Assembly (NCBI GenBank): GCA_045803545.1
Contig: JBJMOW010000005.1
Span: forward strand, 960,001-1,024,000
Direction of reading: 5' to 3'
DNA: 64,000 nt
DNA from: Gemmatimonadaceae bacterium
GTDB lineage: Bacteria; Gemmatimonadota; Gemmatimonadetes; Gemmatimonadales; Gemmatimonadaceae
Below the pieces are notes generated by a model that worked only from the letters and a program-made list of their open reading frames with translations, did no database searches and was not told the origin of the DNA. A program made the translations under genes and the position numbers. Shown in pieces: positions 28,818-36,771 of this stretch (its first letter is position 1; every line of letters starts with the position of its first letter).

Positions 28818-29635
28818 TGAATGCCATGCTCTGGTCAGTGCGGCGTGAGCTGTGGGAACATCGCTGGGCGTGGCTCGTGCCCACCGTGGTTGGCTGCGTC
28901 GCCGTCGCGATCGATACTGCCGTGACCGGTCTCAACGTTACCGGACTTGATGGCGTGACTCGCGCCGCTTCAGCGACTGTCGCCGGTCAACTCTCGACGC
29001 TGCTCGACATCACGATCCGCATCGTGCTGGTCACCGGGACGATCGTGGCGTTCGTCTACTGCGCGGAGGCGCTGAATGGAGAGCGCCGCGACCGCAGCGT
29101 CCTGTTCTGGAACTCGCTGCCCGTGAGTGACGGGATGGCCGTAGCGGCCAAGGCCTGCGTGCCTCTCTGTGTCATCCCCCTGATCATCCTGACCGTGATC
29201 CTGGTGGCACAACTCGCCACGCGTCTCGTCGTCGCCGGACATGGCGTTGTGTTGCGCACACCACTGAACACTCCAGGCAGCGCCGCGGCCGAAGTGTTCG
29301 CGGCGGCGTTATGGACTTCGCCGGTCTACGCGTGGATTCTGCTGGTCTCCGCCCGCGTGCGACGCGCGGTACTGCTCCTCGCATTTCTGCCGTTAATCCT
29401 GATCGCGATGATCGAGCGGTTGGCCTTCGGGCATGGCAGCATCACTGAGGCGTTATTCAATCGTGGCCTCGGCCGCTACTGGACCCCCGGCATGCCGCTA
29501 GCCTCGACGATGGCGAGCTGGCCGGCGCTCGATCTGCTGCGCTCTCCGGCGCTATGGACGGGAGTGGTTCTGGCTTGCCTCACACTCTTCGTCGTCGCGC
29601 ACCAGCGCCGCCGCATTTCTGCTCGAGTCTCCTAA
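28814..29635 (+). CDS. ABC-2 type permease
   Basis: RRELWEH, ERRDRS.LFW.SLPVSD; multiple TM helices. Confidence 0.85.
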   Translation: MMNAMLWSVRRELWEHRWAWLVPTVVGCVAVAIDTAVTGLNVTGLDGVTRAASATVAGQLSTLLDITIRIVLVTGTIVAFVYCAEALNGERRDRSVLFWNSLPVSDGMAVAAKACVPLCVIPLIILTVILVAQLATRLVVAGHGVVLRTPLNTPGSAAAEVFAAALWTSPVYAWILLVSARVRRAVLLLAFLPLILIAMIERLAFGHGSITEALFNRGLGRYWTPGMPLASTMASWPALDLLRSPALWTGVVLACLTLFVVAHQRRRISARVS

Positions 29636-29661
29636 AACAAGCCGTTCACCCGGAGCCGCCG

Positions 29662-30426
29662 ATGACCGCCGCCGCACACCCGTACAAACCTGGGTTCTCC
29701 GCACCGATCTCGTCCGCGCGTCCGTCGATGAAGTCTCTCGGCCGGCGCGCGGGCCTGTTGTACCTGCTGCAGTGCCTCCCCGCTCCTTTCGCGCTGCTGT
29801 TCGTGCCCGGCCGCATCTTCGTTGCCGGCGACATCGCCGCGACCGCGGAGCGAGTGCGTGAGAACGCGTTGCTGCTGCGAGCATCAATCGCCACCGAGAT
29901 CGTGATTTGTCTCATCACCATCTTCAGCGCCATCGCCATCTACCGCTTGTTGCGTGAGGTGGATCACTACCTGGCTGTGGTCACGGCGGTACTGATGTGG
30001 ATTGCAGTTCCGATCGAGCTCGCGAATCTCGTGAATAACATGGCGCCTCTAGTTCTGACGAGCGGAAGCACTTACGCATCTGCGTTCAGCACGGAGCAGG
30101 TGAATGGTCTCACCTACCTCTTCCTGCGATTGCACGCGAAGGGGCTCGACGTCGCGCAGGTGTTCTGGGGACTGTGGCTGATTCCGTGGGGCCTGGCAGC
30201 CGTCCGCTCCGGCTTCATGCCGCGCTGGATCGGTGTTGCCATCATGGTTGCGGGCGTTGGCTACATGCTCAATTCGGCGGTGTCAATCATGGTGCCGCAA
30301 CTCAGCCCGGTGTTGTCGAACTACCTGCTCGCGCTCGGCGTCGGCGAGCTCCCTAACATTGTCTGGCTGCTGGGATGGGGCGCACGGGAGCCGCACTTGT
30401 TGAGAGTTCGCTCGACGAGCCTTTGA
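29662..30426 (+). CDS. DUF4386-like membrane protein
   Basis: AGLLYL, YRLL..VD, FWGLWLIP.G..RSGFMP. Confidence 0.82.
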   Translation: MTAAAHPYKPGFSAPISSARPSMKSLGRRAGLLYLLQCLPAPFALLFVPGRIFVAGDIAATAERVRENALLLRASIATEIVICLITIFSAIAIYRLLREVDHYLAVVTAVLMWIAVPIELANLVNNMAPLVLTSGSTYASAFSTEQVNGLTYLFLRLHAKGLDVAQVFWGLWLIPWGLAAVRSGFMPRWIGVAIMVAGVGYMLNSAVSIMVPQLSPVLSNYLLALGVGELPNIVWLLGWGAREPHLLRVRSTSL

Positions 30427-30516
30427 CGGGCGCCATCATCTGTATAATGAATTCGCCGATCACTGCCCAGTCACCTGATGATAGCGCGATTCGCGCTTCG
30501 ACTGGAATCAGTTAGG

Positions 30517-30930
30517 TCACGGGGACCAACTACTGCGCAGTTTGACCATTAGTGCGCCTGCCGAATGTCCGCTACCGAGGACCAAAGTCGCTTCGCGAGG
30601 GCTCAGGAGACGAATCTCCTTAACTCTCCCGGCGGCTATGCCGCGCAGCACCTCCGACCCGCCTGCCCGGATTCCGTTGATGTACACCAGTAGTCCAGTG
30701 AAGGATGTGCCGCCAGCCGCGGCGAAGAACTGGGGGCGTAGATGCTCGACAATGTCGTACGCGGTTTCAGCGTTCGCGTACGCCGCCTCGTCTTGAGAGA
30801 TTACGCTGGGTCGCGAGCTCTGCTCAAGCGAGCCGAGGGTTCCAAATCCTCCACAGCCGCTGCCGAAAGTCAGCACGGCGATCAGCGCCAAGTGGACTGG
30901 GACGCCGAGTGTTTGCGAGATTGTATACAC
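30517..30930 (-). CDS. small lipoprotein resembling a stand-alone TonB plug-like domain
   Basis: Lipobox GSGC; AYDIVEHLRP, VYING, EIRLLS..EAT...G.GH..G. Confidence 0.6.
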   Translation of the reverse strand: MYTISQTLGVPVHLALIAVLTFGSGCGGFGTLGSLEQSSRPSVISQDEAAYANAETAYDIVEHLRPQFFAAAGGTSFTGLLVYINGIRAGGSEVLRGIAAGRVKEIRLLSPREATLVLGSGHSAGALMVKLRSSWSP

Positions 30931-31078
30931 CGTTCCTCCAGATCGGGTGTGAGCGCCGATCTAGCATTACGGAAAACTTAGTTTTTAGGTTTCAGAAGCG
31001 AATCGCTTCCCCCGCGGCCGGTAAGGGGGCGAAGGTCGAGCTCGTTCGCCATCATGAGCAGCGCAAAGCGCGACCATC

Positions 31079-32455
31079 TTATTCTACTGCCCCTTGCGAA
31101 GTCGGTATGCGCATCGCGAGCCACTCTCGCACCGTCGTGTAGTAGCTCGGCACGAATCGCTGTAGCGACGGCATCTCGGCGTTATTGCCCACCTTGGCTT
31201 CGAGCATCAAGTGATTCGCCTTGGGTAAAATGCGCAGCGTGTAATCCGTGTTGCCGGCTGTCTTGAGCGCTGAATCCCACGCAGCCGCATTCTTCGCCGC
31301 GAGAATGTTGTTGTCCAGCTCTCCGAACAGGCCGAGCATTGGCACGCGCAGCTGGTGCAAGGTTGGCGTCGGGTCATAGATGTACTGGCGGCGGATGAGA
31401 TCCCAATGCGGGTCATCGCGCTTCGCGGGGAATTGCTCGGGTGGCTGTCCGAGCCGTGCCGCGATCCTCTCGCGGGCGGCGGCGTAATCCTCCCAACCCT
31501 GCCCTGTTCGCGCGAATTGATACTGAAGCTTCATCAGGTTGGTGATGTCGTCCACCGTTTCTGGTTTCATTCCACGCGCGAGCAATTCGTTGTGCGCCTG
31601 ATCGATCGTTGTTTGCTCGGTCGGTATTGCGGCGCCGGAGATGCTGATGATGAAGGCCATGCCGGGCACGCGCACGGCGGCGATCGGCATCACCCAGCCG
31701 GCCTGACTCCAGCCGAGTAGTCCGATTCGCGCGGCATCGATGTCGGGACGCGATTTCAGGTACTCGAATGCGGCTACGACATCGCCGGCCAGATCGTTGA
31801 ACGACGCCGTGCGCCAGTTTCCAGTCGAGCCTCCGACGCCGCGCTTGTCGTAACCGAGGATCGCGAAACCGCGCCGCACCAGGAAGTGGGCGAATGGTAG
31901 CAGGTAGTCGCGATCCTCGGCGCCCGAAGCGTGCACGAGAATTATTGCGGGGTGCTTGCCGCCGGTCCTCGGGATGGTGAGGGTGCCCGCGAGCTTTACG
32001 TCACCATTGACGAAATTGAGATCTTCGCGCTTCTCGATGTCGAGGCGTTGAGCGACGCGCGCAGTGTCACCTTCGCGTCGCCAGATAAGCGCGCTGATTT
32101 TCCCGGAGGAATCGCGGTGAAACTCGATTCGAGATTGCACCGCGCTCGAATCGGCTGCGGCAGGCCCGGCAAAAAACCGATCGCGATCAGTCGGGAACAG
32201 CGTTCGAACATCTCCAGACTCATCGAACGCGACCAGCTGATTCTTTCCGGTGAGCTCCGCCCACGGCTGGAGGTACACGAAGGAATCGCTGCTCCATTGA
32301 TAGATCCCCGCGTATTCGCGGAGCGCGTTTTCGTCGAGTAATCGTCCAGCTGAGGATTGCTGCGCCGAGCAACCGACGGGACTGGCAATGATAAGGGCGG
32401 CGGATACCGCGCGAAGCGTGCTGCGCATACGACCCCGTTCAACCGAACCTGACAA
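31079..32455 (-). CDS. secreted alpha/beta hydrolase
   Basis: YDKRGVG.STG, GWSQAG nucleophile elbow, GELD, ANH. Confidence 0.88.
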   Translation of the reverse strand: MSGSVERGRMRSTLRAVSAALIIASPVGCSAQQSSAGRLLDENALREYAGIYQWSSDSFVYLQPWAELTGKNQLVAFDESGDVRTLFPTDRDRFFAGPAAADSSAVQSRIEFHRDSSGKISALIWRREGDTARVAQRLDIEKREDLNFVNGDVKLAGTLTIPRTGGKHPAIILVHASGAEDRDYLLPFAHFLVRRGFAILGYDKRGVGGSTGNWRTASFNDLAGDVVAAFEYLKSRPDIDAARIGLLGWSQAGWVMPIAAVRVPGMAFIISISGAAIPTEQTTIDQAHNELLARGMKPETVDDITNLMKLQYQFARTGQGWEDYAAARERIAARLGQPPEQFPAKRDDPHWDLIRRQYIYDPTPTLHQLRVPMLGLFGELDNNILAAKNAAAWDSALKTAGNTDYTLRILPKANHLMLEAKVGNNAEMPSLQRFVPSYYTTVREWLAMRIPTSQGAVE

Positions 32456-32517
32456 TTACGTTTTTCGGTGATATTGGGTTTCCGGCACAGCTTGAGGCAG
32501 CTTGCGGCCAGCGCGAT

Positions 32518-32808
32518 TCACGTGTCAGCCGCGTAGTAGTCGCGCACGCACCACACCACTGCGTCATCAACCAGTTTGTCGCGCTCGCGCTGGGCAACTG
32601 AAGGGGTTATCAGCGGAGTGTCGCCAAGCACGGCCCGCTTGACAGTCACGATCACCGCTTCCGGCGGAGCACCCTTTTTCTTGAGCGAGGAAACGACTTC
32701 ACGAACGAGCTCGCGAACCTCGGCAGGTTCAACAACCGGGCGTTCCACTGCGGCACGCAGCTGACTTACAGGATCGCCGGGCTCGCGGCTGCGACCGGTG
32801 TCGGACAT
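32518..32808 (-). CDS. hypothetical small helical protein
   Basis: 96-aa ORF, K..G.PPE..I...WCVRDYY; resembles 42170-42490. Confidence 0.6.
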   Translation of the reverse strand: MSDTGRSREPGDPVSQLRAAVERPVVEPAEVRELVREVVSSLKKKGAPPEAVIVTVKRAVLGDTPLITPSVAQRERDKLVDDAVVWCVRDYYAADT

Positions 32809-32910
32809 GCGCCAAAATCGAACCCTGCGCCCAGAAATCAAGGGCAATTATGAGAAAAAAAAAGCGAATGGTCCTGACTCCTCGCTGATTTCCGGCACGC
32901 AACCCGCAGC

Positions 32911-33129
32911 ATGCTTCCGTCCATGTTTGAGGGAGAAACACTGCCTGGTGACGAACCGTCGGAGGCTATCGCGCCCGAGGTCTGGGCGCGGATTGCCGCA
33001 GATATGGAGCGAATCGCCTTCGAGAACGACGAGCTTCGCGCCGAGATATTGCGGCTGCGCGAGGAGCTGAGGCGAATGCGCGGCGGCTTGGGGCGTCAGC
33101 GCCCTGCGAGGGCGAAGCGAGGCAAGTAG
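32911..33129 (+). CDS. hypothetical coiled-coil small protein
   Basis: ENDELRAEILRLREELRR heptad pattern. Confidence 0.5.
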   Translation: MLPSMFEGETLPGDEPSEAIAPEVWARIAADMERIAFENDELRAEILRLREELRRMRGGLGRQRPARAKRGK

Positions 33130-33145
33130 CGGTCGCTGAAGCGCA

Positions 33146-34534
33146 TCACCCCACCGGCGCCACCTGGTACTGCTCCAACTTTCCGTCCGGCATCTCGAAC
33201 GTCCACACCCTGATCGTGCGATTGGGGAACGTCACCCGATAATTGCGATACGTCATTCCGCCGCGCAGTGAAGTTCTCGTCTGCACGAAACCGGTTGGTG
33301 TGCCTAGTGGACCAAGACTCGACTGAAAATCCTTGAGCGCCTGATCGCTGAAGTAGAAGTTCGCGTTCGATGTGAAGAGTGAGCGATCGATCGTTCCCTT
33401 CTGCAATCCCTCGAAGATCGCTTTCGCCTGCGCCGTTCTGCTGTCGGCGAGCTTGTCTTCGGTCGCAAAGAGAATCGAAGCGATTCCGTTGGCGATGGTA
33501 CTCGCCGCCGACGACGCGTCCTGATTAGTCAGCACCACGATCGCCACCGAGTCGTCGGGAAATACCATGTTCTCGGCGACGAAGCCGGAGACTTCGCCCG
33601 AGTGCTCGAGCATGAATCGTCCGCCCTGCATGCCGACGTCGAGGCCGAGTGAGTAGCCGGTGCCAGCGCCGTTGTTGAGGACGATTTCGCGCTCGAGCTC
33701 GCGCCACGATGCGGGCGTGAGAATGTTGCAGCGTTTGATGATGCAGATGTCCCACCTGGCGAGATCGCTGGCCGTCATCGCCAGCTCGAAGGCGGCGAAT
33801 CCCCATCCAGCGCCAGCGTCGGGCGCCGGACGCAGCGGACCAAGGCCGTAGCGTAGGTAGCCGGTTGCGTCAGACGCGCGCGGATTGACGTCGAAGTCTT
33901 TCGCGGTGGTGAGACCAAGCGGGTCGAGAATGCGCGTCTTCACGAACTGCCAGATCGGAATTCCCGCCGCCTTCTCGACCGCCATTCCAGCGAGAGTGTA
34001 GTTGGTGTTGCTGTATTGCCACCGCGATCCCGGCTCGAAGTCGAGCGACTTCTTCGCCCACGCGTCCGCGATCGCTTGGGGCGTCGTCGCCTTGAGCATT
34101 CCCGGCATCACATAGTCCTGCGGCCAGAAGTCCTGATAACCCGACGTGTGAGACAGAAGCATCCGAATCGTGACGTCGTTCCCGCGAGTGAGAGCGGGGA
34201 CGTATTTCGAAATGGGGTCGTCGAGTTTGAGTTTGCCTTCTTGTTGGAGAATTAGGGCTGCGACGGCGGTAAACTGCTTACTGATCGAGCCGACTGCGTA
34301 GCGCATGCTCGCACTCGCCGACATCTGGGGCTCGAGTTTGGCGGCGCCGTACGCGTTCGCATAAGCGAGCGCGCCGTTCTTTGCTACTGCCACCGTTGCA
34401 CTGGGCATACCCGTGGACTGCAAGACTTGCCGCGCAATTGAGTCGATCGAAGTTGATAGCGTGGCGGACGACTGGCCCGCGACCAATGAAGGGAACACAA
34501 GAGTGGCACAAATAACGATGGCATTTTGTCTCAT
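33146..34534 (-). CDS. serine hydrolase, beta-lactamase class C/D-aminopeptidase family
   Basis: SISK (SxxK), LLSHTSG, YSN, HSG; signal peptide; GAGGT RBS. Confidence 0.92.
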   Translation of the reverse strand: MRQNAIVICATLVFPSLVAGQSSATLSTSIDSIARQVLQSTGMPSATVAVAKNGALAYANAYGAAKLEPQMSASASMRYAVGSISKQFTAVAALILQQEGKLKLDDPISKYVPALTRGNDVTIRMLLSHTSGYQDFWPQDYVMPGMLKATTPQAIADAWAKKSLDFEPGSRWQYSNTNYTLAGMAVEKAAGIPIWQFVKTRILDPLGLTTAKDFDVNPRASDATGYLRYGLGPLRPAPDAGAGWGFAAFELAMTASDLARWDICIIKRCNILTPASWRELEREIVLNNGAGTGYSLGLDVGMQGGRFMLEHSGEVSGFVAENMVFPDDSVAIVVLTNQDASSAASTIANGIASILFATEDKLADSRTAQAKAIFEGLQKGTIDRSLFTSNANFYFSDQALKDFQSSLGPLGTPTGFVQTRTSLRGGMTYRNYRVTFPNRTIRVWTFEMPDGKLEQYQVAPVG

Positions 34535-35016
34535 TGAATCACCTCAGTTTTTTAAAATCTTTTTTCTCACCCATTGACGAGCCCCTCGGCTAGAATTTCT
34601 CGGGGACTAGACCTTACCCCGTTCAAGAGCCTTACGGAATGGCGAATTTCATATCAGGAGAATGGGTTTCCTATCACTCGGGCGGAACGCTTGAGGCCTA
34701 CGAGTGACTTGTTGGGACAACGCGTAAATAAAACGAGGGTCGAGGGTATTACTCTCGACGAGGTCTCTTGGACCTCAGCATGAGTGCAGACAACGGACTC
34801 TTGCGGCCAAGGTGACGACTCCAATCAGCTGATGGAAATTGACCTCGGGTGGTAGAAAAACGACATTTTCCCAGGCCCCCGACGCCTCGTCTTTTTTGGG
34901 TTACCAATAGGGGCGAGCGGATCACAGACCGTGCGTTTTTTGGCGTAGCCGAAGGCTGGCCGAATTGGGCTCGCTTCGAGGGCTCAACACGGCCGCCGCT
35001 ACAAAAAGGGTTGCGC

Positions 35017-35040
35017 AAGGTTTACTTTTAAGTCAACCTT
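35017..35040. promoter_or_regulatory. putative antitoxin operator palindrome
   Basis: AAGGTTTACTT-TT-AAGTCAACCTT (10/11 matching arms), adjacent to a TTGCGC -35-like hexamer and the toxin start. Confidence 0.6.
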
Positions 35041-35438
35041 TGAAACCCATTACTGAGCTAATCCGCCAAGGGAAGGCGTGTGCGGTCTATTTCGTGGCTG
35101 ATAACGGACGGTTCCGTGCTAAGGAGTACTTCGACTCAGCCGACAAGAAAGATCGAGCCCGTCTTCACGCTCTCGTCAAGATCGTCTCTGACGCGGGCAA
35201 GCTTGCGAGCGATGGTATGGGACATTGGCTCAAAGGGAAGTTCAAGAAAGTGTACGAATTCAAGACAAAGAAGTGCCGGTGTTTCGCCTTACAGCGAGGG
35301 CCGGATTACTACCTGATGAACGCGGCCGACAAGGCCAAGCCGAAAAAACAGGAGAAGGATTACGAACGAGCTCTTGAACTACGCGAGAGACTCGTCACTC
35401 AATTCGACCAAGGCGAAAGCGATGAAAGAGGGCGGTAA
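35040..35438 (+). CDS. RelE/HigB (Gp49-like) toxin (start uncertain)
   Basis: Basic protein with KEYFDS...DRARL, LKG...VYEFK..CR.F, K.K.K pattern; first gene of the TAC operon. Confidence 0.75.
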   Translation: MKPITELIRQGKACAVYFVADNGRFRAKEYFDSADKKDRARLHALVKIVSDAGKLASDGMGHWLKGKFKKVYEFKTKKCRCFALQRGPDYYLMNAADKAKPKKQEKDYERALELRERLVTQFDQGESDERGR

Positions 35439-35877
35439 TAGAACTGGTAACTGGCTCACGGATCAGGGAGCCGACAATGCTGAAGTGCGCGCCTACGGAG
35501 AAGAACTGGCAATCGCAAGCGGCGCCGAGGCGATTGCCCGCGCAATGGAGTCTTCTGGAATTACTCGAGCAGCGCTTGCCGAGCGTCTCGGGTGCCACAA
35601 AAGCTTTGTAACCCGCGTGTTGTCCGGTCCGCAGAACATGACCTTAGCGACAATGGGCGCATTTCTTTGGGGCTGCGGTTATGAGGTCAAATCGATAGAC
35701 ACTGAGCCTTTAGGAACTCAGGAGTTCGTTGAGGAGCCGATCAAGGTAGAAGTGACCGTACAGGCAGTCGATCAGTTTGTAGCGTCATGGGAAGCCGTTC
35801 CAAGTTTCACTGAGTTCTTCGCCAACGAGGTTGTTGAGCGCGACACGGCCCCCAACAACCTCGCACTGGTTGCTTAA
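35422..35877 (+). CDS. HigA-like XRE HTH antitoxin with C-terminal extension (ChAD-like)
   Basis: ITRAALAERLG.HKSFVTRVLSG..NMTLAT; ~60-aa acidic/aromatic tail ending NNLALVA. Confidence 0.8.
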   Translation: MKEGGNRTGNWLTDQGADNAEVRAYGEELAIASGAEAIARAMESSGITRAALAERLGCHKSFVTRVLSGPQNMTLATMGAFLWGCGYEVKSIDTEPLGTQEFVEEPIKVEVTVQAVDQFVASWEAVPSFTEFFANEVVERDTAPNNLALVA

Positions 35878-36368
35878 TGGACACAAGCAAACCCGCAGGG
35901 ATTCGCTTCGACCAGATCTATCTTCACAGGGCGAACTTCATGCATCGCGAGGGCGCGCTGAACCTTCCCCACGACACGCCTCATCCTGCGAACTTTTCGA
36001 TTGGTGTTAGTCTGCAGTATTACCGAAGCACCGTGCCAGGCAGAGCAGGCGTCGGGGTGACTGTGGCCACTGATCCAACCGATCAAACGGTGCTCTACCA
36101 TTTTCAGGTAGAAATGGTGGCGCTCGCTGGGGAAATCTTGGGCGAACCCAACATGCCAATATCCGAATTCATGCGGGGTCCAGCATTGGTCGCTCTCGTC
36201 CCCTTCCTGAGGGAAGCCATTGCTAACCTGACGATGCGTGGGCGGTTCGGCCCTGTTTGGCTCCATCCAATGAACCTGCAACAAATCCTACTTGAGTCCG
36301 GCAGCAGGGTGGATCTGGAATTACGGGCGACTGAAGAAGTTTCCGATAAGGAAAAAGCAACAGCATAG
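35877..36368 (+). CDS. SecB-like chaperone
   Basis: I.FDQIYL...F N-terminus and L.PFLREAIANLT.RG.FGP..L.PMN SecB signature; TAATG overlap with the antitoxin. Confidence 0.85.
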   Translation: MDTSKPAGIRFDQIYLHRANFMHREGALNLPHDTPHPANFSIGVSLQYYRSTVPGRAGVGVTVATDPTDQTVLYHFQVEMVALAGEILGEPNMPISEFMRGPALVALVPFLREAIANLTMRGRFGPVWLHPMNLQQILLESGSRVDLELRATEEVSDKEKATA

Positions 36369-36385
36369 GATTCCACGAACGAGCG

Positions 36386-36637
36386 ATGGGCTACGGTGGC
36401 CTCGGGACTTCATCTCGAGTCCATGGACAAGGTGGACGACCATACCTGGACGCTTCTCGGAAGAAGGATGCGTCCGTTTGGAGCGCGGGGGAGCTAGTAC
36501 GGGTAGTAGTCCAGCAGACGAGACCGGATTCAACGACCGTTCGAATTATCTCAAAGAAAAGAAAGGCGACGAACGTTGCCGCACGGGGCGACTACTCTCA
36601 GGCGATCTTCAACGACATCGAGCTCAAAATGAAATAA
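36386..36637 (+). pseudogene. probable C-terminal remnant of an unknown gene
   Basis: Protein-like C-terminus (SAGELVRVVV..TTVRIISKKR..TNVAA) with no good start or RBS. Confidence 0.35.
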
Positions 36638-36771
36638 CCGCCAGTCGAGACCAAATCGTCGTAATGTGAATGACTTCTTCACAGCGACTATTGGGTCACT
36701 GGCTAGTAACCCACCGGCGGTAACTGGACGAACAAGCGCGTGCCTGTAGTCTCCGAAAAGCGAGCCGGGAA

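Noticed and set aside
34574..35031. Short ORFs at the island's left edge
   Set aside because: No RBS or recognisable motifs, and no att copy found there, so the boundary stays approximate.
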